A stretch of DNA of 64,000 nucleotides, from NCBI GenBank assembly GCA_030538315.1, contig JAUNUF010000004.1:7760-71759 (forward strand), given 5' to 3'. The stretch is from Propionibacteriaceae bacterium. Its GTDB lineage: Bacteria; Actinomycetota; Actinomycetes; Propionibacteriales; Propionibacteriaceae. The position numbers and the translations under genes were made by a program. The notes under the pieces are model-generated. The model had not been told where the DNA came from. It saw only the letters and a list, made by a program, of their open reading frames with translations, and did not search any database. Shown piece after piece: positions 1 to 8,305 of this stretch (the first letter of the stretch is position 1; each line of letters begins with the position of its first letter).

Positions 1-1
1 G

Positions 2-544
2 CTGGGGAAGTTCCCGCGCATTCTGGGGAAGTCTCCGCTCCCTGAGGGTCGCTTCGTCGATGTGATCGGGCTCAACTACTACTCGCGCACGGCGGTGACC
101 GGGCCGTCGGACGGCGTGTTCCCGGGGCGTCCAGTTAGCGATCTTGGGTGGGAGATCTGGCCAGAAGGCCTTGTCACCTGCGCCCGCACGCTTCACGAGC
201 AGCTGGGCGTGCCCGTGTGGATCACGGAGAACGGCTGTGCCGACAACGGCCGGCCGGGGCAGCTGGAACGGTTCCGGCCGCGGTTCCTCGTCGAGCATCT
301 GGCGGCCATCCTTGACAGCGAGGTGCCCATCGAGCGGTATTACCACTGGTGCTTCGTCGACAACTGGGAGTGGGCTGAGGGCGAGGTGCAGCGCTTCGGG
401 ATCGTGCACAACGACTACGAGACGCAGATCCGCACGGTCAAGCCGTCGGGGCGGATGCTTGCCGAGATCGTCGCAGCGGGGTCGCTGACGGCCGACATCG
501 CCGCGCAGTACGCGAGCGGCCAGACCTACCCGACGTCGGGCTGA
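2..544 (+). CDS. Glycoside hydrolase family 1 beta-glucosidase, C-terminal part (5' end lies outside window)
   Basis: Frame is open to the window edge. Carries the ITENG nucleophile motif and the YYHWCFVDNWEWAEG GH1 C-terminal signature. Confidence 0.85.
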   Translation: MGKFPRILGKSPLPEGRFVDVIGLNYYSRTAVTGPSDGVFPGRPVSDLGWEIWPEGLVTCARTLHEQLGVPVWITENGCADNGRPGQLERFRPRFLVEHLAAILDSEVPIERYYHWCFVDNWEWAEGEVQRFGIVHNDYETQIRTVKPSGRMLAEIVAAGSLTADIAAQYASGQTYPTSG

Positions 545-614
545 GCCTGACAGCCACCAGACGACCCCGACAACGCCCAACCCGCGACCACCCAAGCGTC
601 CATCGTCGGGCACC

Positions 615-626
615 GAATCTAGATTC
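615..626. promoter_or_regulatory. Perfect 12-bp palindrome GAATCTAGATTC
   Basis: AT-rich, CTAG-containing palindrome in GC-rich intergenic DNA, 125 bp upstream of the DUF1707 gene. Confidence 0.5.
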
Positions 627-644
627 AGCGCCGTCAGCCACCCC

Positions 645-655
645 GAATCTAGATT
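645..655. promoter_or_regulatory. Second copy of the palindrome (GAATCTAGATT)
   Basis: Exactly 30 bp from the first copy. The shared 13-nt context is CCGAATCTAGATT. Confidence 0.5.
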
Positions 656-750
656 TGGGGCCCTTCCAGACGTGGGGGAACCCCCTGAACCGACCCCGGA
701 CGCCGACGCCCCCGCTCGCCCCGGAACCGCCGTCAGCCTAGAGTTGAGGC

Positions 751-1437
751 ATGTCCACCGAACAAAGCCGCCTCCATGAGCTGCGCTGCGCTGACCAGGA
801 TCGTGAACTGGTGGCGCAACTCCTCAACAACGCCTACGCGGACGGGCGGCTGACGTTCGACGAGCACGCAGACCGCATTGCCAAGGCCTACGACGCCAAG
901 ACCTTCGGCGAATTGACGCCGCTCACCACGGATCTGGTGGCACCCCAACCCCGCCCCGTCGTCGGCCCGTACCCCTTAGCTTCACCCTCATCCATCGACG
1001 CCGGGCCCGGCCCCGTGCCTGTCGTGGCGCCGTTCGCGGCCGCCCCTGCGGTGGCAGGGATCGAGGCGTTCACCGGCGGCAACGCGGTGCTCTCCACCTA
1101 CAAGCCCGGCCAACTCCACACCGTGTCCTCCGTCGTGACCCTGAATTCCTGGCTGGGCGAGGTGAAGGTGGATCTCGTGGGCGCCGCGTTCGAGAGCCGC
1201 GAGACCACCATCAATATCGGCGGGCTGATGGGCGAGGTCACCATCCGCGTTCCCGAGGGTGTCAATGTGGACACCTCTGGCCTCACGATGATCATGGGCG
1301 ACGTCAAGGTGGACGGCCTTGTGCACCATCCCGACGGCGTGCTCTTGCGGCTGCTGGGTACCTTCGTCATGGGCGAAGTCACCGTGCTCGGCCCTGAAAC
1401 CACCCGCACCCGCAAGTACCAGAGGTTCAACCGTTGA
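751..1437 (+). CDS. DUF1707 (SHOCT-like) / LiaF-like C-terminal domain protein
   Basis: N-terminus LRCADQDRELVAQLLNNAYADGRLTFDEHADRI is typical of DUF1707. A Pro-rich linker follows, then GEVKVDL / GEVTIRVP / GDVKVDG beta-repeats as in LiaF/DUF2154. Confidence 0.75.
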   Translation: MSTEQSRLHELRCADQDRELVAQLLNNAYADGRLTFDEHADRIAKAYDAKTFGELTPLTTDLVAPQPRPVVGPYPLASPSSIDAGPGPVPVVAPFAAAPAVAGIEAFTGGNAVLSTYKPGQLHTVSSVVTLNSWLGEVKVDLVGAAFESRETTINIGGLMGEVTIRVPEGVNVDTSGLTMIMGDVKVDGLVHHPDGVLLRLLGTFVMGEVTVLGPETTRTRKYQRFNR

Positions 1438-1925
1438 TCGACGCCCTCTTCGACCCGCCCGGCACTCCCTGGCAGCGTCTCTCCCCCAAGTACCTCACGC
1501 AGAAGCTCATCCTCATCCCCATCGGCTGGCTGTTCTTCTTCGCCATCCCCGCGGTGCCGCTCTTCCTGTGGGGTGCGGACTGGATGAAGTGGGGGCTGGT
1601 GGCGCTGGCGGTGGTGACCATCGCGTGGCGCATGATCCGCGCCCCCCGCGTGTTCCGACGGTGGGGTTACGCCGAGCGCAACGAGGACGTGTACCTCACC
1701 CACGGCCTCTGGAGCCGCAGCCTGCAGTGCGTGCCCTACGGTCGAATGCAGCTGGTGCAGGTGCATTCCGGCCCCATGGACCGCATGTTCGGCCTTGCCA
1801 CCGTGCAAATGATCACCTCCTCCACCAGCGGCGCCATCACCATCCCCGGCCTCCCTGCGGAAGACGCAGCCGCGCTGCGTGACCGGCTGATCGCCCGCGG
1901 CGAGCAGCAGCAGGCCGGCATCTGA
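1434..1925 (+). CDS. YdbS-like membrane protein with bacterial PH (bPH_2) domain
   Basis: Two N-terminal TM helices followed by a PH-like domain (RMQLVQVHSGPMDRMFGLATVQ). The TTG start overlaps the upstream stop (TTGA). Confidence 0.7.
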   Translation: MIDALFDPPGTPWQRLSPKYLTQKLILIPIGWLFFFAIPAVPLFLWGADWMKWGLVALAVVTIAWRMIRAPRVFRRWGYAERNEDVYLTHGLWSRSLQCVPYGRMQLVQVHSGPMDRMFGLATVQMITSSTSGAITIPGLPAEDAAALRDRLIARGEQQQAGI

Positions 1926-3496
1926 TGAGCCACGGCCCGGATTTCCTGCCGCCCGAGCAGGTCCCTCCCACACCCCCGCCACCCGTTGGGCCTCCCCCGA
2001 CGGCGGCCCCGCCGTCGTACGAAGCGCCTTGGCCGGCACCCCCCGAGGCCCACCACCCCTATCCGCAGCCGCTTCCCCAACACCAGACATTCCCCTCACC
2101 CGAAGCGCCCGCCGCCAAGGTGATCGAACGACCCCACCCGCTCACCGGCCTGGCCCGCGGAGGCATCGCGCTGGTGGCCGGCCTGTACTTCGTCACGCAG
2201 GAGCTGGTGGACGGCAGCCGAGGCAGCATCAGGGGCTCCCTCCTGTTCGTCGGGCTGGGGCTGCTCGGCGTCGCCCTCCTGGCTGGCATCTCAGGCATCT
2301 TCACGTGGCGCACCACCACCTTCGTGGCGGATGACGAGGAGTTCCGCATCGAGCGCAACTTCCTCTCCCGCCAGTCATCCAAGGTGGATTACACGAAGGT
2401 GCAATCCGTGGACGTCTCGCAGCCGTTCATCGCCAGGCTCATGGGCCTGGCGAAGGTGCACATCGACGTGGGCGGCGCAGGCGGCCTCGACATCGCCTTC
2501 CTGTCGAAGGCCCGCGCGGAATCACTGCGCGAGCATCTGGTGGAGCGCATGCATCGCGCCCAACTGCCTTCCCCCGCAGAGCCCGGCCTCCCGTCGTCTG
2601 ACCCCAGCGCGCCAGCCCACTTCCCGCCTCCGGTTCTTGGCCCCGACGGCGTGCCCGCCGTCGCTCCCCCGCCCGCGCACGCGCCGGCCCAGGAAGAGCT
2701 GGTCATCGCGGTACCGCCCAGCAACCTTCTGTTGGGCACCTTCGTTTCGCTGAGCACCGGCTTCGCCCTGCTGGGCGCTGTCGTGCTGGTGGCCATCGCC
2801 CTCATCGCGAAGACACCGGTGACTTTGCTTGCCGCGATGCTTGGCGTGGGCGGCTGGGTGTGGCGACAAACGGGCAGCAACTGGAACTTCCGCATGACCA
2901 AGCGTGACGGAGCGTTACGCCTCACCCGCGGCCTGCTCAGCACCACCGCGCAGGGCCTGCGGCCGGGCCGCATCCAGGGCGTCGCCATCAAGCAAGATCT
3001 CCTCCAGCGCGTCACCGGGCTGTACCAAATGACCGTCACGGTGCTGGGCTATGGCGATCCCACTGGTGAGGAGAATCGCCAGACCAACGCCGTCATCCTC
3101 CCCTTCGGCACGTGGGGCGAGGTGCTCACCGTGCTGCGCGCGATCTGGCCGGAGGTGGATCTCACCCAGGTCCAGCCGCACCCACAGTCACCCAAGGCGA
3201 AGTGGCTGACCCCCATCACGTTCAGCACACACACCTGGGGCATCGGCGAGCACGTCGTCGTCACCACGCACGGGCTGCTGGAGCGGGTCACCACCATCGT
3301 GCCGCACCGCCGCATGCAATCGGCAAGCATCCACCAAGGCCCCATCCAGCGGCGCCTCAAGGTGGCCTCGGTGCACGTGCACACCACCGACGGCCCGGTG
3401 AACCAGCGGCTCTACCACCTCGACGAGGCGGTGGCCCGGCAGGTCTTCGAGGAGCAGGTTGCCCGCGCCCGGGAGGCGCGCGCTAGCGCAGCCTAG
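1925..3496 (+). CDS. YdbT-like membrane protein with repeated bPH_2 domains
   Basis: Pro-rich N-terminus, TM pairs, and repeated motifs (VQSVDVSQPFIARLMGLAKVHID, IQGVAIKQDLLQRVTGLYQMTV, MQSASIHQGPIQRRLKVASVHV). ATGA overlap with the ydbS-like gene. Confidence 0.7.
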   Translation: MSHGPDFLPPEQVPPTPPPPVGPPPTAAPPSYEAPWPAPPEAHHPYPQPLPQHQTFPSPEAPAAKVIERPHPLTGLARGGIALVAGLYFVTQELVDGSRGSIRGSLLFVGLGLLGVALLAGISGIFTWRTTTFVADDEEFRIERNFLSRQSSKVDYTKVQSVDVSQPFIARLMGLAKVHIDVGGAGGLDIAFLSKARAESLREHLVERMHRAQLPSPAEPGLPSSDPSAPAHFPPPVLGPDGVPAVAPPPAHAPAQEELVIAVPPSNLLLGTFVSLSTGFALLGAVVLVAIALIAKTPVTLLAAMLGVGGWVWRQTGSNWNFRMTKRDGALRLTRGLLSTTAQGLRPGRIQGVAIKQDLLQRVTGLYQMTVTVLGYGDPTGEENRQTNAVILPFGTWGEVLTVLRAIWPEVDLTQVQPHPQSPKAKWLTPITFSTHTWGIGEHVVVTTHGLLERVTTIVPHRRMQSASIHQGPIQRRLKVASVHVHTTDGPVNQRLYHLDEAVARQVFEEQVARAREARASAA

Positions 3497-3974
3497 GCAT
3501 GATGAACCGCTCCGCTGATCGCAGCTGACCGCTGGGGATCAGCCCAAGGAAGGCCGCGACGCGGGCCCACCGTCGGCCCATCAGCCCACGCTTGGCCATG
3601 GGAGGGCCGATGTGGGCCAACAGCTCAGCGGCCGCGGCCACCGGGCGGATGAACAGGGTGATCTGATCGATGAGGCCGTCGTCGTCCAGGTGCAGCCACT
3701 GGACCTCCTCCAGGTTCTTCCCGCGGAGCGTGTTGGTGCCCCAGAGCACCCAATCCTGTTCAGCGCCGGTGACCTTGTGCACGACGATGTCTCGCAGCAG
3801 CACGAACGCGGATTCGAAGACCGCCATCACCTCGTCGGGGCCGTTGAAGGTGAACTGATCCGTGAGCGGCGAGATCAGTTGCACGCCGGGCGCGAGTTGG
3901 GCTTTCATCAAGGCCAGGTCCTGGCGTCGATCCGCCGCTTCCCAGGCCGTGATGGCGGTAGGTGTCGCTGACAT
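3483..3974 (-). CDS. NTF2/SnoaL-like fold protein
   Basis: 163-aa ORF with good GC3 bias and SnoaL-like size and pattern. Its 3' end overlaps the ydbT-like gene by 14 nt (convergent). Confidence 0.5.
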   Translation of the reverse strand: MSATPTAITAWEAADRRQDLALMKAQLAPGVQLISPLTDQFTFNGPDEVMAVFESAFVLLRDIVVHKVTGAEQDWVLWGTNTLRGKNLEEVQWLHLDDDGLIDQITLFIRPVAAAAELLAHIGPPMAKRGLMGRRWARVAAFLGLIPSGQLRSAERFIMPRLR

Positions 3975-4066
3975 GGCATTGCCTCCCAGAACTGCTGTGG
4001 GACAACGGTAACCGCAGCCTCAGGCCACTCTGAGGGTTTCGACCGCGCTCCGCTACGCTGAGGCCC

Positions 4067-4849
4067 ATGAGCATCATCCTTGGCATCGATGTCGGCGGCT
4101 CCGGCATCAAGGGCGCACCGGTGGATCTGGAGGAAGGCGACTTCGTCACGAAGCGCCTGCGCATCAGCACCCCCGAGAAGTCGACCCCGAAGAACGTCGC
4201 CGCCGTGATGGCGGAGATCATCGAGGAGTTCAAGGACCAGATCGGTGACAGCCCGGTGGGTATCACCATTCCGGCCCCGGTGGTGCACGGCCGCATCCCG
4301 TTCATCGCCAACCTGGATCAGAAGTGGGCTGGTCTGGAGGCAGACAAGTTCCTGGAGGACGAACTGGGCCGCCCCATCACGCTGGTCAACGACGCCGACG
4401 CCGCTGGCCTGGCCGAGGTGCACTTCGGTGCTGCCAAGGGACATCCCGGTCTCGTGATCATGACCACGCTGGGCACGGGTATCGGCACGGCCATCATCTA
4501 CCGCGGCGTGCTGATCCCCAACGCCGAGTTGGGCCACATCGAGATGAACGGCGGCGACGCCGAGAAGCAGGCCGCGTCGTCCATCAAGGACAAGGAAGGC
4601 CTGTCCTACAAGAAGTGGGCCGAGGAGCGCCTGCAGCAGTACTACTCCACGCTGGAGATGCTGTTCTCACCGGATCTGTTCGTGGTGGGCGGAGGCGTCA
4701 GCAGCGATTGGGAGGAGTTCGGCCCCCTGCTGAAGCTGAAGACGGAGATCATCCCGGCCAAGCTGCGCAACCGCGCAGGCATCATCGGTGCCGCGATCGC
4801 GGCCAAGGATGCCGCGGAGCATCCCGACGCGCTCGCGAAGAAGAACTAG
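4067..4849 (+). CDS. ppgK: Polyphosphate/ATP glucokinase (ROK family)
   Basis: The N-terminal [18 protein letters not shown] motif, the [12 protein letters not shown] motif, and the length match actinobacterial PpgK. Confidence 0.85.
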   Translation: MSIILGIDVGGSGIKGAPVDLEEGDFVTKRLRISTPEKSTPKNVAAVMAEIIEEFKDQIGDSPVGITIPAPVVHGRIPFIANLDQKWAGLEADKFLEDELGRPITLVNDADAAGLAEVHFGAAKGHPGLVIMTTLGTGIGTAIIYRGVLIPNAELGHIEMNGGDAEKQAASSIKDKEGLSYKKWAEERLQQYYSTLEMLFSPDLFVVGGGVSSDWEEFGPLLKLKTEIIPAKLRNRAGIIGAAIAAKDAAEHPDALAKKN

Positions 4850-5463
4850 AGCGGCGGAAGTGGTGGCGCCTCGGGCAACTCGCCCGGGGAGGGCCACCAG
4901 GGCCGCTGCGCGCCGTCGCTCTCCGCGAGGAAATCAGCCTTGTCGATGTGGGCGACCCATGCCTGCCTGCCCACGTGCCGGCCTGTGCTCACGGACGACG
5001 GCGCCTCGCCGTCGAACGTGAAGCCCAACCGTTGCGCCACCTGGGCCGACGCGTGGTTGCCGGCGATGGCCTCCCACTTCACGGTCTCGCAGCCGTTGTC
5101 GAAGGCCCACTCGAGCAGCAGCCGCAGCGCGCGGGTGGCCAGGCCCTTGCCGCGGGCAGCCTCGAAGAGATGGAAGCCCACCTCGCCTGTGGTGTCGTCG
5201 AGGCGGATCAGGCCGAGGGTGCCGAGCATCGGGCCATCGGGCTCAGTGCGGATCGCGCACTCCTGGCCCCGCTGGCTGCTCCGGACGGCCGGGGCGTACT
5301 CACGGACGAAGCCCTCCGCGTGGGTGCGTTCATAGGGCCACGGCACGTTGAGGTACTCGTAGACCACCGGGGTGGTGCATGCCGCGTAGAGCGCGTCGAT
5401 GTCGTCTTCGCGTGGCTCGTTCAGCACCACGCCGTCGCCGATGAGCTCGAAGGGTCGGCTCAT
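4846..5463 (-). CDS. GNAT family N-acetyltransferase (RimJ/RimL-like)
   Basis: Internal ATG at 5463 (MSRPFELIG...) forms an ATGA overlap with the argS stop. GNAT acetyl-CoA motif [22 protein letters not shown]. The upstream 58 codons of the track ORF overlap argS and are rejected. Confidence 0.8.
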   Translation of the reverse strand: MSRPFELIGDGVVLNEPREDDIDALYAACTTPVVYEYLNVPWPYERTHAEGFVREYAPAVRSSQRGQECAIRTEPDGPMLGTLGLIRLDDTTGEVGFHLFEAARGKGLATRALRLLLEWAFDNGCETVKWEAIAGNHASAQVAQRLGFTFDGEAPSSVSTGRHVGRQAWVAHIDKADFLAESDGAQRPWWPSPGELPEAPPLPPL

Positions 5464-7097
5464 CACATCCGCTCGGGCGCGTCGATGCCCAGGAGGTCGA
5501 GGCCCTTGGCCAGCACCTGCTGGGTCGCGGCGCACAGCGCCAGCCGCGAGGCGCGCACGTCGCCCTCGGACTTGAGCACGGGGCACGCCTCGTAGAACGC
5601 GGCCAGCGCGCCGGCCAGGTCGTAGAGGTAGGCGCACAGCTTGTGCGGCTGGAGGCTCTGGGCCACCTCGTCGACCACCTCACCGAAGCCGCTGAGCTTG
5701 AGCGCGAGCTGCTGCTCAGCGGGCTCCTCGAGCACTGTCACCGAGCCCCAGTGGATACCTTCAGCTTCCGCCTTGCGCAGGATCTGGTTGACGCGGGCGT
5801 GGGCGTACTGCAGGTAGGGGCCGGTGTCGCCGGTGGTCTGCACCATGCGCTCGGCGTCGAAGGTGTAGTCCTTCTGCAGGCCATTGGAGAGATCCGCGTA
5901 CTTGATGGCGGCCAGCGCGATGTTGGGCGCGGCCACCTCCTCCGCGGCGTCGAGCAGGGAGCCGAGCGTGGCGGCAGAACCGTCGCGGGTCTTGAACGGG
6001 CGGCCGTCGGTGCCCAGCACCATGCCGTAGCCCACGTGCTGCGCCGTGACGTCGCCCGGCAGGAAACCAGCCTTGCGAGCGGCCGCGAAGATCTGCTTGA
6101 AGTGGCCCGCCTGACGAAGATCCGTAACGTAGATGATGCGATCCGCGTGGATCTCGTTCACGCGGCGGCGAATAGCGGCCAGATCCGTGGTGGCGTAGCC
6201 GTAGCCGCCGTCGGACTTGCGCACGATCAGCGGCGCCTCGAAGCCGTCGACGAACACGCAGAGCGCGCCGTCGTCCATCACTGCCACGCCGCTGTCCTCG
6301 AGCTCCTTGACGAGGACGGGGAGGTCGTCGTTGTAGGTGGACTCGCCGGCGAGATCGTCATCGGTGAGCTTCACGTTGAGGCGACGGTAGGCCTCGTTGA
6401 AGGCGGGCTTGGAGATGTCGACGAGTTGGCGCCAGATACGCAGCGATTCCTCGTCGCCGCCCTGGAACACCGCGACGCGGGCGCGGGCACGCGTGGCGAA
6501 CTCGTCGTCCTCCTTGAAGCGGGCCGCGGCGCGCTTGTACAGCGCGTCGGCCTCGTCGAGGGTGAGCGTGCTGGCGTCGAGGCCCTCGTCGAGGACCTGC
6601 TCGATGAGCATGCCGAACTGCGTGCCCCAGTCGCCAATGTGGTTCTGCGGGATCACCGTGTGGCCCAGCGCGCTGAGCACGCGGTTGAAGCAGTCGCCAA
6701 TGATCGTGGTGCGCAGGTGGCCCACGTGCATGGTCTTGGCAACGTTGGGAGCCGAGTAGTCGATGACGACGCGCTGCGGATGATTGGCCGGGTTGATGCC
6801 GCCGTGCGGGTCCTCCAGCAGCTGTGAGACGGCCTGGGCCAGCACGTCGGAGCGCATCCGGAAGTTGATGAAGCCCGGGCCGGCGATCTCGAGGGGTTCG
6901 CAGAGATCCGCCACGTCGAGCTGCGCCACGATGTCTGCCGCCACCTCACGCGGGGGGCGTCCCTGCTCATTGGCCAGGCGCAAGGCGACGTTGGACTGGA
7001 AGTGGCCGAACTGGGGCTTCGTGGCGGGGCGCATCTCGGGGTCGACGCCGGTCAGCTCGCGGAGCCGGGCGTCGAGAAGCGCAGGAAGTGACTGCAT
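5463..7097 (-). CDS. argS: Arginine--tRNA ligase
   Basis: Class I HIGH-type motif (MHVGHLRTTIIGD) and full-length ArgRS pattern including the C-terminal anticodon-binding DALR region. Confidence 0.95.
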   Translation of the reverse strand: MQSLPALLDARLRELTGVDPEMRPATKPQFGHFQSNVALRLANEQGRPPREVAADIVAQLDVADLCEPLEIAGPGFINFRMRSDVLAQAVSQLLEDPHGGINPANHPQRVVIDYSAPNVAKTMHVGHLRTTIIGDCFNRVLSALGHTVIPQNHIGDWGTQFGMLIEQVLDEGLDASTLTLDEADALYKRAAARFKEDDEFATRARARVAVFQGGDEESLRIWRQLVDISKPAFNEAYRRLNVKLTDDDLAGESTYNDDLPVLVKELEDSGVAVMDDGALCVFVDGFEAPLIVRKSDGGYGYATTDLAAIRRRVNEIHADRIIYVTDLRQAGHFKQIFAAARKAGFLPGDVTAQHVGYGMVLGTDGRPFKTRDGSAATLGSLLDAAEEVAAPNIALAAIKYADLSNGLQKDYTFDAERMVQTTGDTGPYLQYAHARVNQILRKAEAEGIHWGSVTVLEEPAEQQLALKLSGFGEVVDEVAQSLQPHKLCAYLYDLAGALAAFYEACPVLKSEGDVRASRLALCAATQQVLAKGLDLLGIDAPERM

Positions 7098-7142
7098 GGG
7101 GCCATTGTTTCATGGAGCCCTTCAGGAGGAAATTTCTTGAGG

Positions 7143-8144
7143 CTAGGCCGAGCTGCGCACCACCAGGCGGGTTGGGAGTGTGCGCTGCTCAGGGGCGGCG
7201 CCGTCGATGATGCTCAACAACAACTCCACCATGCCCTCCGCGATCTCAGACCACGGCTGGGCCATCGTTGTCAGCGGCGGATCGTGACTCTCCGCCAAAC
7301 CGGAATCGTCGAAACCGCCGACGGCGACGTCCTCCGGCACAGCCATACCCGCTCGCCGGAGCGCCCGGATGGCCCCCACGGCCATCGAATCTGAGGCTGC
7401 AAACACCGCATCTGGAGCTTGGCCCTGGGCAAGCAACTGCTCCATGGCTGCTTCCCCCGACGCCACGCTGTAGTCGCCTTGAACCACCAACCGAGGATCG
7501 AATGCCTCTCCCAAAGCGGCCTTGAACCCGTCCAAGCGGAATCGCCCACCGGGAGTATCTTGCGGCCCTGCGATCATGGCAATCCGCCGGTGCCCCTGCC
7601 CCATCAGATACCGGGTCATCTCCGACGCGGAACCGGCCTCGTCGACCGACACTGATGGCACCTCCACCTGATGCCCCAAGGGCAGCCCACAGGACACCGT
7701 GGGAACGCCAGCCTCGACCAACGACTCCAGCAAGGGGTCGCTCTCATGCGAGGAGACCAGCATGACGCCGTCCACATGCCCGGAACTGACGTAGTTGTGC
7801 ACCGCAGCCCGCTCGTCAGGTGTGCCGGCCACCAACAGCACCAAGGTCATGCGCCGCTTGGTCAAGGCCTCCGCCGCACCACGCAGCAACATGGAGAAGG
7901 TGGGATCCGAGAAGAGCAGATGATGTTCCTCGGTGAGAAGGAACGCCAACGAATCTGAGCGCCCCGTGGCCAACGTTCGCGCCGAGTGGTTGGTGGTGTA
8001 GCCGGTGTCTCGAATGGCCTTCTCCACGAGCTCGCGAGTTTGGGGAGCAACCCAGTGCTTGCCGTTGACCACACGCGACACAGTGGCCACGGAGACCCCT
8101 GCCACCTTGGCCACATGGGTGATCGTTGGCCGCTGTCTTCCCAT
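7143..8144 (-). CDS. LacI family transcriptional regulator
   Basis: HTH PTITHVAKVAGVSVATVSRVVNG followed by a periplasmic-binding-like sugar domain. Start is taken at the ATG at 8144; the longer track ORF crosses the operator region. Confidence 0.85.
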   Translation of the reverse strand: MGRQRPTITHVAKVAGVSVATVSRVVNGKHWVAPQTRELVEKAIRDTGYTTNHSARTLATGRSDSLAFLLTEEHHLLFSDPTFSMLLRGAAEALTKRRMTLVLLVAGTPDERAAVHNYVSSGHVDGVMLVSSHESDPLLESLVEAGVPTVSCGLPLGHQVEVPSVSVDEAGSASEMTRYLMGQGHRRIAMIAGPQDTPGGRFRLDGFKAALGEAFDPRLVVQGDYSVASGEAAMEQLLAQGQAPDAVFAASDSMAVGAIRALRRAGMAVPEDVAVGGFDDSGLAESHDPPLTTMAQPWSEIAEGMVELLLSIIDGAAPEQRTLPTRLVVRSSA

Positions 8145-8181
8145 CCCTACCTTCACGAGAACGACCCTACCGATCCCCTCG

Positions 8182-8197
8182 CTGTAAACGATTACAG
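8182..8197. promoter_or_regulatory. LacI-type operator O1 (CTGTAAACGATTACAG)
   Basis: Near-perfect TGTAAnCGnTTACA palindrome in the divergent lacI / GH42 intergenic region. Confidence 0.65.
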
Positions 8198-8249
8198 TTT
8201 GATAACGGTTTCGTAACGAACTTGCTTTTCCCTTGGAAGAAGTGTCAAC

Positions 8250-8265
8250 CTGTAAGCGTTTACAG
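8250..8265. promoter_or_regulatory. LacI-type operator O2 (CTGTAAGCGTTTACAG)
   Basis: Palindrome of the same family, 41 bp upstream of the GH42 start. Confidence 0.65.
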
Positions 8266-8279
8266 TAACCGCTTACAGG
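8263..8279. promoter_or_regulatory. LacI-type operator O3 (CAGTAACCGCTTACAGG)
   Basis: Third copy of the motif, abutting and overlapping O2 by 3 nt. Confidence 0.55.
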
Positions 8280-8305
8280 CGGCTGACTACACAGCGAGGT
8301 GTCCC

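Noticed and set aside
7098-7142. Leader or T-box-like element upstream of argS.
   Set aside because: The gap is only 45 nt and shows no specifier or antiterminator-like structure.
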